From: Myxococcota bacterium
GTDB lineage: Bacteria; Myxococcota_A; UBA9042; PHBI01; JAWLBL01
Direction: 5' to 3'
NCBI GenBank assembly: GCA_041687695.1
Contig: JAWLBL010000013.1
Location: forward strand, 1 to 64,000
DNA: 64,000 nucleotides
In this document: positions 11,018-19,872 of the stretch, piece by piece
How positions within the stretch are numbered: the first letter of the stretch is position 1
How the letters are laid out: every line of letters starts with the position of its first letter
The notes under the pieces: generated by a model
The model's database searches: none
Told to the model about the DNA's origin: nothing
The model's input: only the letters and a program-made list of their open reading frames with translations
Position numbers and translations under genes: made by a program

Positions 11018-13746
11018 GGGGCACCTCCGGGGGCGCCGTCGGCGGGGCTGGGGCGCGGGGGCGGGGGCAGCGAGGGCGGGGCGGCCGGCGCGCCGCTGCG
11101 CGACAGGGCCGAGACCGGCGCGTCGGGGGTGCGCGGCTGGAAGACCACGGTGATGGTGCTCCAGGCCGGCACGCGGCCGTGGGCGGGCAGATCCTGGGTG
11201 CGCGCGAGGCCGGTGCCCACGTAGCGCACCTTCAGGCCGTGCTCGTGGGCCATCTTGCGCACCTGGTCCATGGTCATGCCGCGGAAGTCGGGCACCGGCA
11301 CGTCGCCCGCGTCGTCGGGGTCGACCGGCGGCGCGAAGCGGTCCAGCGGCGCGGCGGCGCTGGCCTCGCGGCCCTCGGCGCGGCGCTCGGCGAGCGTCGC
11401 CGGGTCGAGCCAGGCGACCTTGTGGCCCGTGTCGTAGGGCGACGGGACGCCCAGGTACTTCAGGGACCAACGCATCAGGTTGCGGAAGGCCGGCGCGGCG
11501 AACACGCCGCCGCCGTGGCGCTTGGCCTTGGGTTCGTCGACCAGGATCATGATGGCGAGCTCGGGGTCGTCGGCGGGGGCGAGGCCGAAGAACGTGGACA
11601 CCCACATGTCTTCGGCGTACCCGCGCTTGCGCAGGTGGGACTTCTGACCGGTGCCCGTCTTGCCGGCGACGGGGTAGGCGGGGATGTAGGCCCGCGCGCC
11701 CGTGCCGTCCGGCTCGACGACGGTTTGCATCAGGTCGATGACGGTGCGCGCCGTCTTGGGGGAGACCACCTGGCGCAGCACCGTCGGCTCCCAACGCTGC
11801 ACCTCGCGCCCCTCGGCGTCGAGGATCCGGCGCACCAGCACCGGGCGCATCAGCTTGCCCCCGTTGCCGACCGCGCTCAGGGCGCTGACGAGCTGCACGC
11901 CGGTCGCCGCGAAGCCCTGCCCGAACGAGATGTTGGCCAGCTCGACCAGCTTCCACTCGCTGGCCGGCATCAGCAGCCCCTGCGCCTCGCCCGGGAAGCC
12001 GCTGCCCGTCGTCGACCCGAACCCGAACGCGTGCATGTAGCGCTCGAGCCGCTCGGCCCCCAGATCCATGCCGATCTTCGCCGCGCCGATGTTCGACGAC
12101 TTCTTCATGACGAGCGCCACGTTGCCCTTGTCCATGCGGCTCGTGTCGCGCACCACGTTCTCGTCCGGGTCGTGCAGCTCGAAGCGGCCATCCTCCAGGT
12201 CGTACTCGTAGTCGAGCGTGACCAGCCCCTCCTCGATCCCCGCCGCGATGGTGAAGACCTTGGTCACCGAGCCCGGCTCGTAGACGTCCAGGAACGCGTT
12301 GGCCCGCGACGCGTCCGGGTAGGCGTGCGCGTACTCGACGAAGGCGTCGTACTGCCGCGCCAGCGACCGCCGCGCCTCGCGCATCACCGCCTGGTGCTCG
12401 CCCGGGAACAGCTTGCCCATCAGCGGCCAGCTCGACGCCCACTGCAGATCGTCGCGCGCCTGCGCGAACGCCCGCCGCTCGTCGGCCAGCGGCTCGCGGT
12501 CGCGGAACCACTCGGTGAACGTGTTCGGGTTGAAGCTCGGGAAGCTGGCCGCCGCCAGGATCTCGCCCGTCTTCACGTGCATCACGATGGCGTAGCCGGC
12601 CCGCGCGCCCGAGGTCAGGCAGGCCTCGTTGATCTCCTTTTCGGCCATCGCCTGGATCTTCTCGTCGATGGTGACCTCGACCGTGTAGGCCACCAGATCC
12701 GCGTCCTCGGGCACCCCGTCCAGGTACATCGCCCGCCCGCGCCGATCGCGCACCGTCTTCGCGCGCGCATGTCCGCCGGCCAGCAGCCCGTCCAACGCCC
12801 GCTCGACGCCGCTCAGCCCGTGGCCGTCGGTGCCGACCAGCCCGATGAGCTGCGTGCCCACCTCGCGCTTGGGGTAGTAGCGCTTGGGCTCGGGCGTCAC
12901 GCGCACGGCCGCCAGCGGGTTGTCGCACCGCTGACGCTGCTCGCGCCGCTCGCGACACACCTCGGTCCAGTGCGCCCGCGCCTCGTCGATCTGGCGCGCC
13001 TGCTCGTCGCTCAGATCCCGCGCCAGGTACGCGAAGCGCCGCCCCCGCGACGGGAAGAACCGCAGCCGGTCGGCGTCGGCCGCGATGGCGCGCGCCGCGT
13101 ACTCGGCGGCCTGGCTCAGCGTCTTGACGATGCGCCACACCCCGGGGATCTGCAGCTGCTCCATCTGGTAGAAGTACTCGAGCAGCCCGAGCGGCCGGTC
13201 CAGCCGCGCCACCGGGAAGCCGAACGCGTCCGCCAGCGCCTCGGCCGTCGGCTGGATCGCCCGCCGCGCCGCCCGCGCCGCCACGTTCCCCGTCACCGCC
13301 ACGCCGCGCTTCTTCTCGCCCGCGCCCAGCTTGTCGGCCAGCGCCGCCGGGTCCTGCCCCAGCAGCTCGCCCAGCACGGCCGCCGTCTGCTCGGGCAGCT
13401 GCACGCGCGTCGGGTCGACCGTCAGCGCCCAGCGATGGACCGTCGTGGCCAGCAGGTTGCCGTTGCGGTCGACCACGTCGCCGCGCCAGTCGTCCAGGGC
13501 CACCGTGCTGACGTAGTTGTAGGCCGCCTCGCGCTTGAGCTGCTCGGCGTACACGGTCTGCAGCGTGACCGCGCGCCCGGCGGCGATGATCATCCCGACG
13601 CCCAGCCCGATGGCGACGATGGTCATCCGTCGCCGGATGCTGGTCGCCCGGTCCGCCGCGACGTCCGCCGAGGGCCTGGCCTCGGCGCCGTCGCTCGCCT
13701 CCGCGCGCGCTCTGCGCGGGGCGCGTGTGCGGCGGTTGTCCGTCAC
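11014..13746 (-). CDS. ftsI: Class B penicillin-binding protein FtsI (910 aa, with insertions and a C-terminal PASTA domain)
   Basis: N-terminal TM; RGDVVDRNG, KRYYP, GLSGVE; catalytic SxxK (EPGSVTK), SxN (KSSN), KTG (GKTGTGQ); PASTA-like VPDFRGMT. GTG start overlaps the stop of the TPR gene. Confidence 0.93.
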   Translation of the reverse strand: MTDNRRTRAPRRARAEASDGAEARPSADVAADRATSIRRRMTIVAIGLGVGMIIAAGRAVTLQTVYAEQLKREAAYNYVSTVALDDWRGDVVDRNGNLLATTVHRWALTVDPTRVQLPEQTAAVLGELLGQDPAALADKLGAGEKKRGVAVTGNVAARAARRAIQPTAEALADAFGFPVARLDRPLGLLEYFYQMEQLQIPGVWRIVKTLSQAAEYAARAIAADADRLRFFPSRGRRFAYLARDLSDEQARQIDEARAHWTEVCRERREQRQRCDNPLAAVRVTPEPKRYYPKREVGTQLIGLVGTDGHGLSGVERALDGLLAGGHARAKTVRDRRGRAMYLDGVPEDADLVAYTVEVTIDEKIQAMAEKEINEACLTSGARAGYAIVMHVKTGEILAAASFPSFNPNTFTEWFRDREPLADERRAFAQARDDLQWASSWPLMGKLFPGEHQAVMREARRSLARQYDAFVEYAHAYPDASRANAFLDVYEPGSVTKVFTIAAGIEEGLVTLDYEYDLEDGRFELHDPDENVVRDTSRMDKGNVALVMKKSSNIGAAKIGMDLGAERLERYMHAFGFGSTTGSGFPGEAQGLLMPASEWKLVELANISFGQGFAATGVQLVSALSAVGNGGKLMRPVLVRRILDAEGREVQRWEPTVLRQVVSPKTARTVIDLMQTVVEPDGTGARAYIPAYPVAGKTGTGQKSHLRKRGYAEDMWVSTFFGLAPADDPELAIMILVDEPKAKRHGGGVFAAPAFRNLMRWSLKYLGVPSPYDTGHKVAWLDPATLAERRAEGREASAAAPLDRFAPPVDPDDAGDVPVPDFRGMTMDQVRKMAHEHGLKVRYVGTGLARTQDLPAHGRVPAWSTITVVFQPRTPDAPVSALSRSGAPAAPPSLPPPPRPSPADGAPGGAP

Positions 13747-14513
13747 AGCGCCTCCCCGCAGCGGCGCCCGTAGGGGGTCTCGGGCCCCAGCTCGTGGCAG
13801 CGCTGAAAGTGCTCGTGGGCGCGCGGCGCCGCCTCGAGCGCCGCGTAGATGCGGCCCAGGAAGTAGTGCGGCTCGATGTAGGCCGGGCACAGCTCGGCCG
13901 CCTTGTGGAAGGCCTCGAGCGCCCGCCGGGTCTGGCCCTCCTGCGCGTGCAGCCGGCCCAGGTTGTTGTAGCCCAGGCAGAACTGGGGGTTGAGGAAGAC
14001 CGCCTGGTCGAAGTGCATGCGCGCTTCGGTCGGGTGGCCCAGGTTGAACAGCGCCCAGCCCAGGTTGTTGTGGGCGAGGTAGGGCGTCTTGTACAGCGGC
14101 CGATCGAGGAGCTTCTCGAAGTAGGGCACCGCCTCCTGCCACTGCTCGAGGGCGAGGTACAGGTTGCCCAGGTTCGCCAGCCCCTCGTCGAAGTCGGGCT
14201 TGAGCGTGACGGCCGTGCGCAGGTGCTTGAGCGCGCGGATGTGGTCGCGTCGGCCGAAGTAGATGAAGCCCAGCAGGTGGTGGGCCTCGGCATGCTTCGG
14301 GTCGATCTCGATGGCGGTGTACAGCTCCTTGATCGCCGACTGGGTGTTCTTGTCGTAGAAGAAGTTGGACGCCAGTTTGTAGTGGAAGTCGGCCTTCTTG
14401 TGGACGTCGGCGGACGAGGGGCCGCAGGCGGGCGCGGCCGCCACCAGCAGGGCGCTCAGCACGGCGACCAGCAGCGCCGCGCGGGCCCGTCGAGACGAGG
14501 CGACGAACGTCAT
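13743..14513 (-). CDS. tgl: TPR lipoprotein, Tgl/PilF-type type IV pilus secretin pilotin
   Basis: Signal peptide ending in a lipobox-like APAC. TPR repeats with motifs I recall from myxobacterial Tgl (ADFHYKLA, PDFDEGLANLGNLYL, LYKTPYLAHNNLGW, NPQFCLGYNNLG, C-terminal Cys residues). Confidence 0.78.
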   Translation of the reverse strand: MTFVASSRRARAALLVAVLSALLVAAAPACGPSSADVHKKADFHYKLASNFFYDKNTQSAIKELYTAIEIDPKHAEAHHLLGFIYFGRRDHIRALKHLRTAVTLKPDFDEGLANLGNLYLALEQWQEAVPYFEKLLDRPLYKTPYLAHNNLGWALFNLGHPTEARMHFDQAVFLNPQFCLGYNNLGRLHAQEGQTRRALEAFHKAAELCPAYIEPHYFLGRIYAALEAAPRAHEHFQRCHELGPETPYGRRCGEAL

Positions 14514-14923
14514 GGCGAACCTCCCTCGGCGCCGTCGTCCGGCTCGGGGGCGAACCACGGGACCGAGCCTGAGCCGATCGGAGGCTCGGGCGCGGCGCCG
14601 GAGGGGACGATGAGCTCCTCGTGGACGGTGGGGGCGTGCATGTCGAGGGCGTCGCGCGCCAGGGTCTGCACGGCCAGCGGGTGCTTGTAGCTGGCGATGG
14701 ACAGGTTCAGCCGCTTGTGGGTCTCGGTCGCCCGGCGCAGCTCGAACAGATCCTGATCGAGCACATAGGCCATCCGGATGACCTGGTACTGCGAGTAGAC
14801 CTGGTAGATGCCGGCCGTCGTGGTCACCACCGTGAACAGGCCGATGCCCAGGAAGGGGCCCAGGCCCCAGCGCAGGCGCGCGCCGCGGCGCCGCGTGCGG
14901 GTCTTGCGTCGGAAGATGGCCAT
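14510..14923 (-). CDS. ftsL: Cell division protein FtsL
   Basis: Basic N-terminus, one TM helix, coiled coil ending HPLAVQTLARDALDMHAP; canonical position after rsmH. Confidence 0.8.
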   Translation of the reverse strand: MAIFRRKTRTRRRGARLRWGLGPFLGIGLFTVVTTTAGIYQVYSQYQVIRMAYVLDQDLFELRRATETHKRLNLSIASYKHPLAVQTLARDALDMHAPTVHEELIVPSGAAPEPPIGSGSVPWFAPEPDDGAEGGSP

Positions 14924-15903
14924 CACGCCTGCCCTCCCGGGCCGACCCGCTCGGCCACGCGCAGCTTGGCGCTGCGGGCCCGCGGGTTCGCCGCCACCTC
15001 GGCCTCGTCCGCCACCACCGCCTTGCGGGTCACCACGCGCCAAGAGGGCCGCCAGTCGCTCGGCGGCGGCAGGTTCCTCGGCCGCGGCGGCCCCTCCTCG
15101 CCCTCGCGGAAGGCCGTCTTGACCCGCCGGTCCTCCAGCGAGTGGTACGACAGCACAGCCAGCCGCCCGCCCGGCATCAACAGATCGGGCGCGCTCGCCA
15201 GCGCCCGGTCCAGCACCGCCAGCTCGTCGTTGACCGCGATGCGCAGCGCCTGGAACACCGTCGTCGCCGGGTGGATGCGACCCCCCATGCGAGCAGCCGG
15301 CCCGCCGCGGTGAACTTTTTGGACGCTCTCGACCAGGCGTGCGAGATCGCCGGTCGTGTTCAGCCCGCCCGCCGCCACCGCCTCCTTCATGCGCCGCGCC
15401 AGCTTGCGCGCGCCCTGCACCTCGCCGTACTCGGCCAGGATGCGGGCCAGCGTCGCCTCGTCGGCCGCCGCCACCAGCTCGCGCGCCGTCGGCGCGTCGC
15501 CGGTCGGATCCATGCGCATGTCCAGCGGCGCGTCGGGGTGCTTGAAGGCGAAGCCGCGCCCGGCGCTGTCCAGCTGCCAACTCGACACGCCCAGATCCAG
15601 CAGGATCCCCGCCAGCGATCCAGCGCCCAGCCCCAGCGGGGCCAGCAGGGCCGGCAGATCGCCGAAGTTGCCGTGCACGGTCGTCAGCCGATCGGGGTCC
15701 AGCCGCGCGCCGGCCGCGGCCAGCGCCTCGGGATCCTGATCGACCCCGACGAACCGCCGCGAAGGCGGCGTCGCGGCCATCAAGGCCGCCGTGTGGCCGC
15801 CGCCCCCCAGGGTGCCGTCCACGATCGGGCCCTCGGGCGTCTCGGCCAGCAGGCGCGTGATCGGCTCGGCCAGGACCGGCACGTGATAGGTCGTCGCGCC
15901 CAC
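14923..15903 (-). CDS. rsmH: 16S rRNA m4C1402 methyltransferase RsmH (MraW)
   Basis: HVPVL, DGTLGGGGH, DLGVSSWQLD, PLDMRMD, FQALRIAVNDEL, SYHSLEDR, NPRARSAKLR. Confidence 0.98.
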   Translation of the reverse strand: MGATTYHVPVLAEPITRLLAETPEGPIVDGTLGGGGHTAALMAATPPSRRFVGVDQDPEALAAAGARLDPDRLTTVHGNFGDLPALLAPLGLGAGSLAGILLDLGVSSWQLDSAGRGFAFKHPDAPLDMRMDPTGDAPTARELVAAADEATLARILAEYGEVQGARKLARRMKEAVAAGGLNTTGDLARLVESVQKVHRGGPAARMGGRIHPATTVFQALRIAVNDELAVLDRALASAPDLLMPGGRLAVLSYHSLEDRRVKTAFREGEEGPPRPRNLPPPSDWRPSWRVVTRKAVVADEAEVAANPRARSAKLRVAERVGPGGQA

Positions 15904-15904
15904 C

Positions 15905-16354
15905 CTACACCCCCAGATCCGCGAGGTGGGCCATGATGTCCGCCGCGTTCTGGCTGACGTCCTCGAAGGCCGCGTCCAGATCCTCGGGTCGCCACAGCTG
16001 GAAGCGCTCCTCGTCGACCCCCACGAAGCTGATCTTGTCGGTGAGGCCTGCCCGGTGACGCAGGCCGGCGGGGACCAGGACACGCCCCGCGTTGTCGACG
16101 TCCACTTCGATGGCCGAGCCGAAATAGTAGCGCTTGAACTGGATCAGCTGCGGGGTCTCCTTCAGGGCGCTGACGCGCCGGAAGTAGCTCTTGAACGCCG
16201 AGTTGGGGCGGACGTCGAGGTGGTACGGGCTGCCCAGGGCGTTGGTCATCCAGACGCTCCGATCCCCAAGCTCCGCGAGACGCTCGCGGAAGCGCTTGGG
16301 GATCATCGTCCGCCCCTTGTCGTCGAGGGCGTGATCGTAGCGTCCGGCAAACAT
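15905..16354 (-). CDS. mraZ: Division/cell-wall cluster transcriptional regulator MraZ
   Basis: MFAGRYDHALDDKGRTMIP and VDNAGRVLVP (two DxxGR motifs); first gene of the dcw operon. Confidence 0.96.
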   Translation of the reverse strand: MFAGRYDHALDDKGRTMIPKRFRERLAELGDRSVWMTNALGSPYHLDVRPNSAFKSYFRRVSALKETPQLIQFKRYYFGSAIEVDVDNAGRVLVPAGLRHRAGLTDKISFVGVDEERFQLWRPEDLDAAFEDVSQNAADIMAHLADLGV

Positions 16355-16394
16355 GGTGATGGGTTCGTCCTGCGCGCGGGCATAGGTGCATCGG

Positions 16395-16424
16395 AGATCC
16401 ACCTTCTACCCACTTTGTACCACC
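16395..16424 (-). promoter_or_regulatory. Putative MraZ operator (three GTGG boxes)
   Basis: Minus strand reads GTGGtacaaaGTGGgtagaagGTGG (10-11 bp period) about 45-70 bp upstream of the mraZ start, matching known MraZ direct-repeat operators. Confidence 0.7.
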
Positions 16425-16540
16425 GTGGCGCGAGAGTAATCGTCGCTCGTCGCGACCGTCAAGCGGTTCCGCGCCCGCTGGCGCCTGGCCCCGTCGCCGT
16501 CTCGCGCGTGGGCCCAGCGTCGCCCCTCGCCTGGCGCAAA

Positions 16541-16556
16541 GCACCACATCTAGTGG
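16541..16556. promoter_or_regulatory. NrdR-box-like site
   Basis: gcaCcAcATcTaGtgg keeps all strongly conserved positions of the NrdR consensus acaCwAtATaTwGtg; only one clear copy. Confidence 0.45.
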
Positions 16557-16582
16557 GCGCCTGAGCCAATTTGTCAGCCCGT

Positions 16583-16591
16583 TGTGGATAA
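16583..16591 (-). promoter_or_regulatory. Perfect DnaA box
   Basis: TGTGGATAA on + equals TTATCCACA on -, 9/9 consensus, in the mraZ upstream region. Confidence 0.65.
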
Positions 16592-16828
16592 CCCGATCGA
16601 AGTGCCACACCGCCCAGCGGCACATCACGGAATATCCGTTCAGTGGATCGAAGTGGATCGACGATCCACCAAGCCGCCCCTCGGGCGCCTGACGCGGATC
16701 CACCTTCTCCCACCCGCGGCCCCGCCCTCGGGCGCGGATCGGGCCGCGCCCGGCGCTTGCATCGCCCTGCGCCGTCCCGCAACGTCGGGTCAGCGACCCC
16801 GCCCGCAGCATCGCCCTGGACGTGCCCC

Positions 16829-17716
16829 ATGACGCCGATCGCCCGCCGCCGCGCTCCCACCTGGTCCCCTCTCCGCCGCGCGCTGCTCGCCGCCGGGCTG
16901 CTCTGGGCGACGCCGGCCCTGGCCCAACCCGCCGAGCCGCCCAAGCCCGCGACCGTGGCCGAGCTGGTGGCCAGGCTCTCGGCCTGTGAGTCACTCGACG
17001 GCTGCGCGCCGCTGCACGCGCTCATCGCGCGGGGCGACGCCGTCTGGCCCGAGCTCGAGATCGGCCTGAAGGCGCCGGACGAGATGACGCGCTTTTGGAC
17101 CCTCGGGGTCTTGCACGAGCGGCCGCTGGCCGCCGCGCGCGAGGCCGTCACCACATGTCTCGACGACAAGATGCCGCGGATCCGCGCCGCCGCCGCGATG
17201 GCGCTGGGCCAGCTCGCCGACAAGGCCGTCACCCCGGCGCTCATCAAGGCCGCGGCCGACAAGGACGTCAACGTCCGCTACGCCGCCGTCTACGCCATGG
17301 GCATCGTCAAGGATCCCGCCTCGCTCGACGCGCTGACCCGGGCGCTGCGCGACGCCGACGAGGACGTCCGCGCCCACGCCGCGCAGTCGCTCGCCGAATT
17401 GGCCGACAAGCAGGCCGCGCCCGCGCTGCTCGAGCGCGTGCAGCAGGACCTCATCGGCCCGGTCCGCGGGCACGCCGTCATCGCCCTCGCGCGCCTCGGC
17501 GAGCGCTCCGTCGCGCCGGCGCTGGTCGCCCACCTGGGCGCCGAGAAGGATCCCAAGGTGCTCGCCGCCACCGCCCACGCCGTCGGCCAGCTCGGCGCCC
17601 CGACCGACATCCCGGCCCTCGAGAAGCTGCTGACCCACCCCGACGCCCAGGTCGTCGACTACGCCCGCGCTGCCATCGCCGCCCTGCGGCCGCCCGCCCC
17701 GCCGACCACGCCCTGA
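16829..17716 (+). CDS. Exported HEAT-repeat (PBS lyase-like) protein
   Basis: Signal peptide ending TPALA; repeated D..VR..AA.ALG motifs. Confidence 0.85.
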   Translation: MTPIARRRAPTWSPLRRALLAAGLLWATPALAQPAEPPKPATVAELVARLSACESLDGCAPLHALIARGDAVWPELEIGLKAPDEMTRFWTLGVLHERPLAAAREAVTTCLDDKMPRIRAAAAMALGQLADKAVTPALIKAAADKDVNVRYAAVYAMGIVKDPASLDALTRALRDADEDVRAHAAQSLAELADKQAAPALLERVQQDLIGPVRGHAVIALARLGERSVAPALVAHLGAEKDPKVLAATAHAVGQLGAPTDIPALEKLLTHPDAQVVDYARAAIAALRPPAPPTTP

Positions 17717-17759
17717 TCGCGAGGGCGCGTCCGCGTCCGGAGATTGCGCGACGTTCGAA

Positions 17760-17795
17760 ACGAAGAGGGCGGACCCGCGGGCCCGCCCTCTTCGT
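17760..17795. terminator. Hairpin between convergent genes, probable intrinsic terminator
   Basis: Stem acgaagagggcgg/ccgccctcttcgt; short T run on the minus strand. Confidence 0.65.
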
Positions 17796-17816
17796 CGATG
17801 AGCCGGATCGGCCGGC

Positions 17817-19646
17817 TCAGAACCCGCCGCAGGTGCCCTTGGTCGGATCGCCGCCGCTGATGGCAGCGAACAGGGCGCTGAACGGCGAGCAGGACACACC
17901 CGGCGGGCAGTCCGACTGGCCGACCAGCTCCTTGAGCAGGTCGCACTGACAGAAGCCGGGGATGGTCGCGCCGCCCAGCAGCTCGGGCGGGATCGGGATC
18001 CCGCCGGCGCCACCCAGCATCGCCTCGAACAGGCTGAGACACTTGGTGCCGTTGGGGCAGAACGCCGTAACCTCGTCGCACATGCCGGAGGTGTCGTAGC
18101 AGTAGCCGCTCGCGAGGTCGCAGGCCAGGGTGAACCCGCTGACGCCCGGGTCGCAGTCCGCGTCGCTGGTGCACTTCTCGGCCGGCGTGACCGTGCCGCC
18201 GGTGCACGAGTAGGTCTGAAGGTCGCAGGTGCCGCCGAGGCCGCAGTGTTCGTCGGTCGTGCACTGGACGCAGTAGTAGTCGCCGCCGACCAGCGTGCAG
18301 GCGGGGTAGGGGGCGACGCAGGTCGCGCACGTGTCACCGACGCAGGTGCCGGTCTGCGTGTCGCAGCTGCCGGTCGGGCAGTGGCTGGTGTTCAGGCACT
18401 GCACGCACTTGTTGGTGTTGGGGTCGAGGTAGGGCTTGACGCCGGAGCACTCGCCCGTCTGCGTCTCGCAGAAGCCGTCGACGCAGGGCGCGCCGTCGGC
18501 GCAGTGCGAGCTGTTGAGGCACTCGACGCAGACCTTGTCGGGGGCGCAGTGGGGGGTCGCGCCACCGCAGGCCGGCGTGCACTCGCCCGGCTGCGGCCCG
18601 CAGTTGGCGGGGTTCGGGTCGAAGCAGCACTGGCCTCCGGCCGGCTCGCAGACCTTGATCTGGGTGTCGCCGTCCGCGACGCAGGTGGCGCCGCCCGCGC
18701 AGGTGGCGCCGCCCGTGCAGCGGGGGACGCAGACCCTGGTGGCGCCCACCTTGTGGCAGGCGGCGTCGGGGCCGCACTCCCAGTCGTAGCCGCAGGCGTC
18801 GCACAGGGCCTTGGGCGTCGCGCAGCTGCCCGAGTTGGTGTCGCAGATCTGCCCGTCGGGGCAGCCGTCGACCACGCACCCGGTGCAGGCGAAGCCGGCC
18901 GGCGTGCAGGCCTGCCCGAAGCAGGTCCAGCCAGTCTCGCAGTCGTCGCCCGACCCGCAGGGCGGCAGGCAGACCTGGCCGCCGCCGAGCGGCACGCACT
19001 TCCAGCCGCCGACGCCGCAGTCGGAGCTGGTCGTGCAGGACTTGCAGGCCTCACCCGTGCCCGTGCTCTCCGGGACGCAGGTGTCGGTCGCCGCGTCGCA
19101 GGTGAAGCCGGCCTCGCAGCCCGTCACCGCGCAGCCCTCGGCGCTCTTGCACTCGTCGCCCTCGCACGCCCGGCACGCCTTGGCGTCGCAGACCTCGCCG
19201 GCGTCGCAGTCCTCGTCGGCGAAGCAGGCCTCGGAGCTCCAGCAGGCGCCGTCGACGCACCGCTGCCCCAGCGAGCACTCGGTGTCGCCGGTGCAGGCCT
19301 TGCCCGGACAGTGCACCTCGGCGCAGGTGTCGGGCGCCTTGCACTGCCCGTTGACGCACACGTCGCCGGTCGGGCACGCCCCGCAGTCCAGGCACCCGCA
19401 CTCGGCGGCGGCGCAGACCTTCTTGTTGGTCGCCGACAGGACGCAGACCTGGCTGCTCTCGCAGTCGCCGCTGTTGGCGCACTCGACGGACGAGCAGGTG
19501 TTGTTCAAGCACACCAGCCCGAAGGTGCAGTCCTGGTCGGCCACGCACGATCCGGCCGTAGCGCCGTCACCACAGCCCGCCATACCCAGGCCGATGAGCA
19601 GTAGCAGGCCGGTCCCCAAAAGCGATGTGCGAGCGATGCGTCCCAT
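17817..19646 (-). CDS. Cysteine-rich repeat lipoprotein
   Basis: Lipobox MAGC; many CxxDxDC and CVxCLNxSHC repeats of the myxobacterial Cys-rich type. Confidence 0.85.
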   Translation of the reverse strand: MGRIARTSLLGTGLLLLIGLGMAGCGDGATAGSCVADQDCTFGLVCLNNTCSSVECANSGDCESSQVCVLSATNKKVCAAAECGCLDCGACPTGDVCVNGQCKAPDTCAEVHCPGKACTGDTECSLGQRCVDGACWSSEACFADEDCDAGEVCDAKACRACEGDECKSAEGCAVTGCEAGFTCDAATDTCVPESTGTGEACKSCTTSSDCGVGGWKCVPLGGGQVCLPPCGSGDDCETGWTCFGQACTPAGFACTGCVVDGCPDGQICDTNSGSCATPKALCDACGYDWECGPDAACHKVGATRVCVPRCTGGATCAGGATCVADGDTQIKVCEPAGGQCCFDPNPANCGPQPGECTPACGGATPHCAPDKVCVECLNSSHCADGAPCVDGFCETQTGECSGVKPYLDPNTNKCVQCLNTSHCPTGSCDTQTGTCVGDTCATCVAPYPACTLVGGDYYCVQCTTDEHCGLGGTCDLQTYSCTGGTVTPAEKCTSDADCDPGVSGFTLACDLASGYCYDTSGMCDEVTAFCPNGTKCLSLFEAMLGGAGGIPIPPELLGGATIPGFCQCDLLKELVGQSDCPPGVSCSPFSALFAAISGGDPTKGTCGGF

Positions 19647-19872
19647 TCGTTCCTCTTCGCGGCGGAGAGCATGCGATCCCCGACGACACGGTGTCGGCGT
19701 CCAAGCGGCCGGGGGAGTATATGTTGCTCGCGCGATTCGTTGAAAGACCTAGATGTCACCCGCTCGTGACCGGGGACACACCGCCCGCGGCCCAGGCCCG
19801 ACGCAAGGCGGGGCTCGCGCCCGCTCCACGCCGCCTTGCGAGCGCCCCCCGGCCCGCCTACCATGCGGGCCC

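Noticed and set aside
9386..14293. 1635-aa ORF suggesting a giant MurE fusion
   Set aside because: Only the last 543 aa are MurE; the upstream part is an off-frame read-through overlapping ftsI and tgl. The same applies to the extended ORFs given for murG, ftsW, ftsQ, ftsL and rsmH.
16395..16830. Possible replication origin or rnpB upstream of mraZ
   Set aside because: Only one perfect DnaA box, no AT-rich unwinding element and no dnaA nearby; I could not find the RNase P RNA conserved motifs.
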